A DNA stretch of 64,000 bases, taken from the NCBI GenBank assembly GCA_963758385.1, contig CAVWVA010000002.1:659393-723392 (forward strand), read 5' to 3'. The position numbers were made by a program, and so were the translations under genes. Below are positions 44,759 to 53,641 of the stretch, one piece after another (position 1 is the stretch's first letter; the number at the start of each line of letters is the position of its first letter). The stretch is from an uncultured Acidobacteriaceae bacterium (GTDB lineage: Bacteria; Acidobacteriota; Terriglobia; Terriglobales; Acidobacteriaceae). The notes under the pieces were generated by a model. The model made no database searches, was not told where the DNA came from, and was given only the letters and a program-made list of their open reading frames with translations.

Positions 44759-46495
44759 TCAGCTAACCGCTTCTACGCCGATAAGATCGCTCACTGCGCT
44801 TTGAACGGCGGTAGGAGTAGGCCGATCAACCAGCTCGGCCTCCGCCTGGAGATGGTCGATCACCTCTTTGGAGTAGAGGACGAAGTGATGAGCGGAGAGC
44901 AGCATGGTGAAGCCCAGCCAGATCTTTGCCGGCGAGCGCCAGTACGAAGAAACCATCCTATAAAGGAATTTCCAGTAACTGCGGCGGTAGGTTGAGCGCA
45001 TACCCTGGCGCCACATGGAAGCAAAAAGACAACGCAGGTTGTAGATCATGCCCAGGTTCGGCGGCTTCTGCGTAGGTTTAGGGTTCCAGACTTTCAAGGA
45101 GTTATACGCGCGATTAAAAAAGGCATCTGGCTGGTACAAGCCTTCGAGCAAAGTGCATAGGCCGCGCAACAGGATAGGCAACGGCAAAATCGTGCGGAAA
45201 TTCGGGAGGCCAAACTGCGTGATGGATTGGCTGTCCTCAATTAGGCGCCCTTCCCGTTTCATGCGATCGAAGAGGGCCGTCGTGGGCGGAGCCATGAGGA
45301 TACCGGCCATAGCCCAGGGGATCGCAGTCAGTTCAATAAACTCCTGTTGCCGGGCAAAGATGGTTTCGTCGTCGGAGTCGAAGCCGACAATGAATCCGGC
45401 GAGCACCCACAGACCACTTTCCTGGATGATCCGAACCTGGTCGACATTATTCTTGCGCAGATTCTGAAACTTGCGCGACTCCTTCAATGCTTCGGAAGAG
45501 GGCGTCTCGATGCCGATAAATACGTACATGAAGTTGGCTTCGACCATCGCATTCAGAAGCTCCGTACGAGATGCTAGATCGATCGATGCTTCGGTATAGA
45601 AAGAGAACGGTTGATGATGCCGCTTTTGCCACTCGATTAGCTCGCGAGTCAGCTGAAACGCCTGGGCATGGTTCCCAATGAAATTGTCATCGACAATGAA
45701 TACTTCATTGCGCCAGCCCAAGCCGCGCAATACATCGAGCTCGCGAATGACCTGCGCCGGCGTTTTTGCCCGGGGCCGGCGGCCATAAATAGTGATGATG
45801 TCGCAGAATTCACATTGGAATGGGCAACCGCGCGAAAACTGAATGGGCATCGACGTGTATTTGTCGCGATGCAGCAGATCGAAGCGAGGCACCGGGCTGC
45901 GCGTCATGTCTGGCTTGTCGATGATGCGATACAGAGCGTGCGCGGTACCGTTTTCGAGTGCGGCGGCGATTCCCGGAAAGGCTTCTTCCGCCTCTCCTAC
46001 CATTACGTGATCGGCAGCCCGAAGCGCAGCCTCGGGATCCGTGCTCGCCCAGGGCCCACCTACGAAGGTGCGCCGGCCAAAGGCGCGAGCGCGGGAAAGA
46101 GTCTCGAGTGCATCGGCACGCTGTGCGTGCATGGCGCTCACCATAACCAGGTCGGCCCAACGCAGATCCTCATCCCGCAACTCTTCGAAGGCATGGTCGA
46201 TCAATTGGATTTGCCAATTGGCAGGGCAAAGTGCTGCGACGGTGATCAGGCCCAGCGGCGGTGTCATTGCCCGCTCGGGGATCATCTGCAGCACGCCTTC
46301 AAACCCCCAGAACGATGGGGGAAAGCTCGGCCACACCATCAAAACCTTGATATTCGTCCCCAAGGGAGGCAGCGAAATGTAGGTTGGCTCATCAGAAAGG
46401 ATGGGTTCGGGAGTGAGCGGGAGAACGGGAAGGGAAGACGTCGTTGGCTGCGTGCTGGGCAAAACGTTCAGTCGAGGATCTGATACTGAGGGCAT
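44759..46495 (-). CDS. B12-binding-domain radical SAM protein with a DUF4070-type C-terminus (class B radical SAM)
   Basis: 578 aa. The N-terminal cobalamin-binding-type Rossmann region is VLMVWPSF...PLGLITVAA...ADLVMVSAM, the radical SAM cluster motif is FSRGCPFQCEFC, and a conserved C-terminal helical domain follows. Confidence 0.8.
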   Translation of the reverse strand: MPSVSDPRLNVLPSTQPTTSSLPVLPLTPEPILSDEPTYISLPPLGTNIKVLMVWPSFPPSFWGFEGVLQMIPERAMTPPLGLITVAALCPANWQIQLIDHAFEELRDEDLRWADLVMVSAMHAQRADALETLSRARAFGRRTFVGGPWASTDPEAALRAADHVMVGEAEEAFPGIAAALENGTAHALYRIIDKPDMTRSPVPRFDLLHRDKYTSMPIQFSRGCPFQCEFCDIITIYGRRPRAKTPAQVIRELDVLRGLGWRNEVFIVDDNFIGNHAQAFQLTRELIEWQKRHHQPFSFYTEASIDLASRTELLNAMVEANFMYVFIGIETPSSEALKESRKFQNLRKNNVDQVRIIQESGLWVLAGFIVGFDSDDETIFARQQEFIELTAIPWAMAGILMAPPTTALFDRMKREGRLIEDSQSITQFGLPNFRTILPLPILLRGLCTLLEGLYQPDAFFNRAYNSLKVWNPKPTQKPPNLGMIYNLRCLFASMWRQGMRSTYRRSYWKFLYRMVSSYWRSPAKIWLGFTMLLSAHHFVLYSKEVIDHLQAEAELVDRPTPTAVQSAVSDLIGVEAVS

Positions 46496-46910
46496 GGCGC
46501 CCCTTTCTAGGCATTACAAACATGGCACAAGGGTCGCTTTACGCCAACTGGTAAACGGCCCACGGCACAGCGTCGTGCGGTCAAAACCGTGAACCGCACA
46601 CAAAACCGGGGGTTGTCGCGATGCCCGGCGCATCGACAAAGAACCCTCAGTCTTGCGGCCAGGCCTGCGTGGGCTTGGGATAAAAACCGGCGAGCCGCCT
46701 CGTTTCGGGTGCAGTGCGATTGAGTTTACGCCAAAGCATCCGATGTGTCATCTGCGTGGGTGCCTGTCCGCCCGCAGCCTGCGAACGCACATGCTCGCAT
46801 TTGCGAGGTCACAGCATCCGCAACTGTGACAAGCACTCACGAGTAAATTGGTCTGAGACGGAGGTTTTGATGCTGGCCGAGAGAGAAAGGGAATGCGATT
46901 GAGTCTTCCT

Positions 46911-46944
46911 TTAAAAGGTGGCCGCTCCTGGCAGAACGGCCACC
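46911..46944 (-). terminator. rho-independent terminator of the small minus-strand gene
   Basis: On the minus strand: GGTGGCCG-ttctgccaggag-CGGCCACC followed by TTTTAA, starting 8 nt after the stop at 46952-46954. Confidence 0.7.
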
Positions 46945-46951
46945 CTATGTC

Positions 46952-47298
46952 TTAACGAACGTTGGCGTTGTGCTTGTCGCGATAGATGCGACGCGATTCC
47001 TGGTTCTGTTGTGCATGCAGGGTCTTGCGATCCTGCCCGGTCAGGTGCCCGTTATCCTGCGCGCGCATCCCGCGCTCTTCTCGATTGATGCCCGCCTCCT
47101 GGTGCTCCAGGCGAGAGGTCTCACCAGCAGTCAACTGGCCGCTCTTGACGCCGTTCGCGATACGGTCCTGCTGATCGACCTTGCGCTGGCCAATGTTATA
47201 GTCATGTGCGCCCGGGGTGGGTGTAGCCGTGGTCTGGGCAAAAATCGCCACAGGCGCGAGGACGAGAGCGGATGCAAGAACAGCGTTACAAATTTCAT
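46952..47298 (-). pseudogene. small secreted Gln/Arg-rich helical-repeat protein; frameshift within the first ~5 codons
   Basis: AAGGAGAG plus ATG 47298 opens MKFV.. in one frame. The signal-peptide h-region and mature part (..NAVLASALVLAPVAIFAQTTATPTPGAHDYNIGQRK..) lie in the frame of track ORF 46952..47251, with no canonical start before GTG 47251. Confidence 0.55.
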
Positions 47299-47502
47299 GG
47301 GACTCTCCTTTTTCCGGCGGCTACTGCGAGGTCACATTCTTGCCGCTCGCCCAACATAGACACGATGCCGCCACCCTAGTTGTCTCCTCCCGGGTAACTT
47401 TAGGGTGTAACGGACTACGACCAAAGTGCTGCGTATAGAGTTATTTAGCAGATTATTTGCGCAACTTATTTTGCCCCCCCCGCGCAAGAGGGTAGGAACC
47501 GG

Positions 47503-47931
47503 ATGAAGAGTGGAAGAGTGAACTTGGCAGTCATCGTAGTGCTGGCGGCTATGGTAACGATCGTTCCCGACATAAACGCATTCGACGCGGATCTTTCGGC
47601 GGCTGAGACAGCCGCCGTGAACCGGCAGATTGCAACCCTAAAAGCGTCAGGAGATCGCACCATGGCACAAGGTTGGAGCAACACAAAAAAAGTGGCCGAA
47701 TTGCTCTGCCGGCCCGCCGCCCTCCCCGTCTTGAAGAAACAAACTCCGGGTGTAGACCGGGTCTTTCTTGGGACAGACGATCCCCAAACCCTGACCCTCG
47801 AAAGCAATCAACGCCTCACCGGCTCCGGCCAGTTTCGCACTCCGAAGGGCTGGACGGACTTTACCTTTACTTGCGACCTTAATCCCGACACCGGTAAGGT
47901 CGTGGCGTTTCAGCCCGTGATTGCCAAGTGA
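47503..47931 (+). CDS. hypothetical secreted protein
   Basis: 142-aa ORF with an N-terminal signal-like segment, VNLAVIVVLAAMVTIVPDINA. I recognised no motif in it. Confidence 0.5.
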   Translation: MKSGRVNLAVIVVLAAMVTIVPDINAFDADLSAAETAAVNRQIATLKASGDRTMAQGWSNTKKVAELLCRPAALPVLKKQTPGVDRVFLGTDDPQTLTLESNQRLTGSGQFRTPKGWTDFTFTCDLNPDTGKVVAFQPVIAK

Positions 47932-48047
47932 GCAGCAAACAAACTAGTCCGAGAGGGCCGCGCGCCCCCCGATCTACGTCTAAACTCTAAATGCAGTGGA
48001 TCCGCCCCATGGAGAGCGGAGTAACTTCAACATAAGGAACCGTTATC

Positions 48048-49694
48048 TTGCTGAAATCCCGTTCGTTTCGCATTCTCCCCAGCTCCTTGTTGCTTTTTCT
48101 CGTCTTACCCTTTTGCGCAGCCGCTGCCCAGGATGCGGGCAAAGATACAGCAGCAAAAGAATCCGGGAAAGACGAACCGAAAGCCGAACAGACCTTCATC
48201 GTCCCCAAAGACTCCACCACGCAGGGCTCCGTCAGCGTCGGCGGCCACGCTATCAACTACCAGGCCGTTGCTGGGACGATCCTGGTGGGAGCTACCAATG
48301 CTGCCGACTCCGCCCTCGGGACGGTAACCCTGTCTGACAAAGATTCTCCCGAAGCTGCGCCCACGGCGCGCATCTTCTACGTCGCCTATTTTAAAAAGGA
48401 TGCGCCGCCGGATTCGCGCCCCGTGACGTTCATCTACAACGGCGGACCCGGCAGCTCAACCTTATGGCTGCACATGGGCGCATTCGGTCCCAAGCGAATC
48501 ATCACCGCCGATGACCAGCACACCAGCCCCGCCCCCTATCAACTGGTCGATAATGCCTACAGCCTGCTTGACGTGAGCGATCTGGTCTTTATTGACGCGC
48601 CCGGCACCGGCTACGGCCGTATTTTTGGCAAAGATAAGGAAAAGGCGTTCTGGGCGGTAGATCCAGATGCGCACGCCTTCGCTCGATTCATTGCCCGCTT
48701 CCTCTCCAAGTACCAGCGTTGGAACTCGCCCAAATATCTCTTTGGAGAGAGCTACGGCACCACCCGGTCAGCGATAGTCGCCGGCATCCTCGAGACCGAA
48801 AGCCACATCGACCTCAATGGTGTCATTCTGCTTTCGCAAATCCTCAATTTCGACGATAGCGCCGACGCCCCGCAGTGCAACCCTGGTATCGACGTGCCTT
48901 ACCAACTGGCGTTGCCTACCTTTGCCGCCACCGCCTGGTATCACAAGCGCCTGCCCACGCAACCCGCCGCGCTTGAGCCCTTTCTCGCCGAGGTGGAGCA
49001 ATTTGCGCTGACCGACTATGCCGCAGCCCTGGCCCAGGGCTCGGAGCTGCCGGAAGCGAACCGCCAGGCCATCGCTGAAAAGCTGCACGAATACACCGGC
49101 TTGCCTGTTGCCTATATCCTCAAGGCCGACCTCCGCGTCAACGTCGGCCAATTCAACCATAACCTGCAAGGGAGTGAAGATCTCACCACCGGCCGGCTCG
49201 ACAGCCGCTTCTCCGGGCCAACCATCGACCCGCTCGCGGAGGAGGCTGCATACGATCCTCAGGCCGCCTCCATTGCTTCCGCTTATGTCGCTGCGTTCAA
49301 CGATTACAGCCGCAACCAGCTCAAATTTGGCGAAGGTCTCACCTACCTGCCCGAAGAGGATGCGGTCAACGATGCCTGGGAGATGAAGCACAAGGCTCCA
49401 GGGACCCGGGAAGAATCTTTCGGCGTGAACGTGATGCCCGACCTGGCCATCGCCGATGAAGTTCAATCCCCGCCTCAAGGTCATGCTGAATGGAGGTTAT
49501 TTCGATCTCGCGACGCCGTTTTTCGCTGCCAGGTACGAGATGGATCACCTCCCATCCCGGCCAACCTGAGACAAAATATCCAGTACTCCTGGTATAACTC
49601 CGGCCACATGGTCTACGTCCACGAGGATTCGCTGAAACAGCTTCACGACAAAGTCGCCGCCTTCATCACCAGCACCTACAAACCGGTCAAGTGA
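48048..49694 (+). CDS. S10 family serine carboxypeptidase, secreted; it contains a hidden out-of-frame segment at 49455-49553
   Basis: Signal peptide present, FIYNGGPGSSTLWLHMGAFGP, nucleophile motif LFGESYGT, catalytic His region YNSGHMVY. The expected Asp-containing segment (MKFNPRLKVMLNGGYFDLATPFFAARYEMDHLP) is encoded only in the +1 frame between two compensating indels. Confidence 0.8.
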   Translation: MLKSRSFRILPSSLLLFLVLPFCAAAAQDAGKDTAAKESGKDEPKAEQTFIVPKDSTTQGSVSVGGHAINYQAVAGTILVGATNAADSALGTVTLSDKDSPEAAPTARIFYVAYFKKDAPPDSRPVTFIYNGGPGSSTLWLHMGAFGPKRIITADDQHTSPAPYQLVDNAYSLLDVSDLVFIDAPGTGYGRIFGKDKEKAFWAVDPDAHAFARFIARFLSKYQRWNSPKYLFGESYGTTRSAIVAGILETESHIDLNGVILLSQILNFDDSADAPQCNPGIDVPYQLALPTFAATAWYHKRLPTQPAALEPFLAEVEQFALTDYAAALAQGSELPEANRQAIAEKLHEYTGLPVAYILKADLRVNVGQFNHNLQGSEDLTTGRLDSRFSGPTIDPLAEEAAYDPQAASIASAYVAAFNDYSRNQLKFGEGLTYLPEEDAVNDAWEMKHKAPGTREESFGVNVMPDLAIADEVQSPPQGHAEWRLFRSRDAVFRCQVRDGSPPIPANLRQNIQYSWYNSGHMVYVHEDSLKQLHDKVAAFITSTYKPVK

Positions 49695-49751
49695 GCGTTT
49701 GCCATGCTTTAACCGGTGGCCACTGAAAATAAATCGCCTGGGAGGGATTTC

Positions 49752-50767
49752 ATGCCGAAAATGCGTGCAGTTCAAGTTGCTCATGCCGGGGGACCGTTGG
49801 AACTCGTGGAACGGGAGATTCCCGAACCTGAATCCGGTGCGGTTCGCATCAAGGTGCAGGCCTGCGGCGTCTGTCACAGCGATTCGGTGACCAAGGATGG
49901 ATTGTTTCCCGGGATCCAGTATCCGCGCGTTCCTGGCCACGAGGTGATCGGGGTGATTGACGCGGTTGGTGCAAATGTTCCCCGATGGAAGGTTGGTGAA
50001 CGCGTCGGGGTGGGTTGGAACGGCGGCTACTGCGGCTACTGTGACACTTGCCGTCGGGGAAACTTTTTTGCTTGCGAGACCAGCACCCTGGTCACCGGCG
50101 TTACCCGGGACGGCGGCTACGCGGATTACATGATCGCGCCTGCATCGGCTCTTGCCCTGGTGCCCGAAGAGTTGTCAGCGGAAGAGGCGGCTCCGCTCAT
50201 GTGTGCCGGGGTCACCACTTTCAATTGCCTGCGCAACAGCGGCGCTCGGCCGGGCGATCGTGGTGGCGGTGATCGGCTTAGGTGGCCTCGGCCATCTCGG
50301 TATTCAATTCGCGGCCAAAAGCGGATTCAACACCGTCGCCATCGGCGCGCGGGAAAGACAAGGAAGCACTCGCCAGAAAGCTGGGCGCCTCCCACTACAT
50401 CGATAATGCGACCCAGGATCCTGCTGCGGAACTGCTGAAGCTGGGCGGAGCCAAGGTGATTCTCGCCACGGTGACCAGTGCGGATGCGATGAAAGCGGTG
50501 ATCGGCGGTCTTGCGCCAACCGGGACGTTCATGATTGTCGGCGCCGTGCCTTCGTTGGAAGTGCCCGCGCTGCAACTCCTGCTCAAGTCGCAACAGGTCA
50601 AAGGCTGGTATTCCGGAACCTCGCTCGATTCGCAGGAGACACTCGACTTCAGCGTGCTCTCCGGCGTGCGCTCGATGAACGAGAGCTATCCCCTGGAGCG
50701 CGTGAACGAGGCCTACGAGCGCATGGAGCAGGGAAAAGCGAGATTCCGTGTAGTGCTTACCATGTAA
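49752..50767 (+). pseudogene. zinc-dependent alcohol dehydrogenase (MDR family) with two frameshifts (~50259 and ~50344)
   Basis: GGAGGG plus ATG 49752. The catalytic zinc region is CGVCHSDSV and the structural zinc region is GYCGYCDTCRRGNFFAC. The Rossmann segment VVAVIGLGGLGHLGIQFAAKSGFNTVAI is only in track ORF 50152..50406. The C-terminal part, ARGKDKEALARKLGASHYID.., is in track ORF 50282..50767. Confidence 0.7.
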
Positions 50768-50792
50768 TCCGCCATTTGAGAAGTAAACGCGT

Positions 50793-53520
50793 TTACTGAA
50801 AATTTCCGATCAGCACAAACGGCGCCCAATAAAACGGATGAGCATAGTTAGCTGCGTGCGGCTCATGCTCTATCTTGCTGCCGCGCTCATTCGATGCAGA
50901 CCCTGATCTGGGCCCGAGCACGAAAGGCGATCTGTGCCTGGCGCAGCGCTTCCGCCTTCCCGTCCGCAGGGATCTTGACCCACCTGGAGTAGAAGTCGCT
51001 CATCAATCGGCTGGTGCTTGCGTCATTTACATCCCACAACGTTGCCAGCACGGCGGCCGCATCCTTCTGCTGCGCAATCATCCCCAGGCTGTCCATTTCC
51101 AGGCCGTCTTTAGCCGCATCTCCCTTGGCGGTGCTGCACGCCGACAGCGTCAAAAGCTGGGTGCCGTGAAAGCTGATGGAAGAGTTCTCCATCTTCGAGA
51201 GTGTGAGTTCATATCCTTCTGCTTCCCCAACATCGTTCCCACCCAGCATCAGGTATGGCTCCTCACCCGTGCCCGTTTCCTCTACAAAGTGGCTGGCGAT
51301 ATGCACGACCGGAAAACTACCGCTCGACCCAAGTTGCGTCTTCAGAGCAGCCAGCGTGAATTGCTCATTGGGCAGCAGCTTGCCATCGATTGGGCCGTGG
51401 GATTCCGGGACCGCCGGGTCGTGGACCACCGCCTCGAGTTCGGGCATCACGCCGGGCAGTGCCGGCAGGCCGCCATAGCTTTTCGACAACCCCATCGCCA
51501 ACACGCGCAATCCTGAGGCCGGGCCCGTGGTCATATGCCCGTAGCTTTCGGGTGTGAACAAAACGTTATTGAAGCGTTCCACCATGTAGCGGTTACCGTC
51601 ATAGAGGGCGGCCATGGGCAGGTATCGCAGCACGCCATCCAATGACCAGAGGATCGTGGGTGCACGATCCTGCCCACCGCGTCCTTCCAGAGCTTTCAAT
51701 TGGCTGCTCAATGGAGCAACCACCATCGCGTACAGTTCCGACAAATGAAGCTTAGGGTCGGAGGTGGGCGTTCGCAATTCGTCCCGCACCTCGAGCACCT
51801 TGCTGCGCAGCTCCGCCGGTGTCGCCTTCAACTCCACCTTCTCACGCGTATGCGGCGTTACTACGATCGCGTAAACATGCTCTTCACCCAGCAGCAGACG
51901 AATGCCCAACACGCGCGGTCCCAGTTCGGCCAGAGTATTCTGCAAGCGGCTGACATCAGATTTTTCTTTGCTCAGCAGGGCATTCGCGTCTTCCGTACCC
52001 ACCTTGTGCGCGAGTTCGGTATAAAGCGTGTTGTGGAAGAAGGCTGACACCTCTTTGTTCCCCGCCTCGACCTGGGCATCCAGCGTCTTTAGCCGAGCCT
52101 CTTCGGCCGGGCTCCGAGACTCCTTGGCCTGGAGCGCGGCGTACTCCATATTCAAGCTGGTGAGGGCCACGGCAGCCTTCTCGGGAACTTCGAGCTCCGG
52201 CGCGGGCGGTAGAGGTTCAACCTTACTTGCCTGGTCCCTGGCGCCCTGCACCACTTCTTTCAGTTCCTGTTCTTTCAAAAGGTCGAGAACCTTTTCGGCT
52301 TCACCCAGCCGGTCAGCCTGAACCAGCAACTCCGCCAGCTCGCGATACGATCCGGATTTGGATTGAGCAAAGCTGGACTGCAGATCCTTATCCAGCCCGG
52401 AGATGTTTTTCCTTATTTGTTGGAACGAGTTGACCGCGTCGACCCCGAATGGGATCGCCATCTCCGGGCGTTGTTGGCGGTGGAAATACCTCATAAGCGA
52501 GGCGTCGATTTTGCCTTGCAGGTCCGGATCGTCCACAGCCTTCGCCAGAGAGAGCGCAGCGAGTTCGTTGGGCAGCACATTTTGTTTTTGACCCAAACTT
52601 TCGTAAGCCATGCCAATGTTGGTGAGAGTTGCCGCTTCACCGCGGCGGTTCCCGGTTTCGCGCCAAATCGGTAATGCCTGGTAGTAGAACTCCAGGCCTT
52701 TCTGCTTCTGGCCCATGTCTACAAGGGCTCTCCCGATATTGTTCAGCGTCAGCGCCTCGCCGCTGCGGTCCCCTGCTTCACGCCAGGCCGGCAGCGCCTG
52801 GTTATAAAACTCCAGCGCTTTCTGCTTCTGCCCCATGTCGGAATACGCTCGGCCGATATTGTTGAGCGTGCTTGCTTCGCCATGGCGATTCCCCGTACTG
52901 CGCCAAATCGCCAGTGCCTGGTTGTAGAAGTCCAGCGCCTTCTGCTGCTGCCCAAGGTCGAGATAGATGCGGCCGATGTCGTTCAGTGCCAGCGCCTCGC
53001 CATTATGTTCCCCTACCTCGCGCCAATAGGGAAGTGCTTGGTTGTAGAGCTCGAGTGCCTTCTGTTTCTGTCCCAGGTCGGAGTAGACCCTGCCCATGTT
53101 TGTCAGGGAGCTGGCCTCGCCGCGGTGGTTGCTTCCTTCGCGCCAAATCGGCAGCGCCTGATCGTAGAGCTCCAGCGCCTTCTGCTCCTGCCCCAAGCCG
53201 GCGTAGGCTTTGCCCATATTGTTCAAGGTGAGCGCTTCGCCATTGCGATTGCCCAGTCTGCGCCACGCCTGTAGCGCCTGGTCGAAACACTCCATCGCCT
53301 TCTGCGTCTCTCCCGCTTGCAGATGCAGAGAGCCGAGGGAAACCAACTCAGAGGTTTCCTCTTTCATGCTTCTTGCCCCGCGAGCCGCACGGAGTTTTTC
53401 CTCATGCTGGCTTATCTCATCTTGCAGAGAATGGGTCTGGGTCCGCGCCGGGGAGGATGCTGTTGCCAGCATCAGCAAGAGCAAAAATCGCGCTGGGCGC
53501 CTTGGGCAAAGGCTGGCCAT
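50793..53520 (-). CDS. secreted TPR-repeat + CHAT-domain (caspase-fold) protein; the C-terminal 42 aa are displaced by a frameshift near 50922
   Basis: Start set at ATG 53520, giving MASLCPRRPARFLLLLMLATASSPA. There are 6.5 TPR units of 40 aa. The CHAT His/Cys dyad regions are VVHIASHF and LLTLSACSTA. The canonical tail YAHPFYWAPFVLIGNFQ* is in another frame and ends at TAA 50793-50795. The track ORF stops at 50887. Confidence 0.75.
52579..53352 (-). repeat. tandem array of 6.5 x 120-bp units encoding the TPR repeats of the CHAT protein
   Basis: The 40-aa units have the consensus LTLNNIGRAYSDLGQKQKALEFYNQALPIWRExGNRxGEA. The DNA strings cgcgccaaatcgg.agcgcctg and ctccagcgc.ttctgct.ctg.cc recur visibly every 120 nt. 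Confidence 0.8.
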
Positions 53521-53641
53521 CAGAAACCTCAAAGCATCCGTATGCTCGAAATCATACGACAAGACATATTCGGGAGATTCGCAACGAAAGAAAGGGCGCC
53601 CACATACGGGGCACCCCAGTTGAGACGCGTTCAACCCCAAA

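Noticed and set aside
45668-46483. 271-aa plus-strand ORF.
   Set aside because: It is antisense to the radical SAM gene, has low-complexity Arg/Gly-rich composition and has no RBS or motif.
46714-46902. 62-aa Cys-rich plus-strand ORF upstream of the radical SAM gene. I considered it as a possible RiPP precursor.
   Set aside because: It is on the wrong strand relative to the radical SAM gene, starts with GTG and has no RBS. Minus-strand ATG-initiated ORFs in 46496-46951 are at most 40 codons, and none has an RBS.
52579-53352. A regular 120-bp periodicity that could be mistaken for a CRISPR-like or satellite array.
   Set aside because: The units are contiguous with no unique spacers, lie in one long ORF and translate to canonical TPR repeats.
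50793-53520. The TPR-CHAT protein as a Csx29/Craspase component of a type III-E CRISPR system.
   Set aside because: The window contains no CRISPR array, Cas7-11/gRAMP or other cas gene. The protein also carries a signal peptide, which is incompatible with a cytoplasmic CRISPR effector role.
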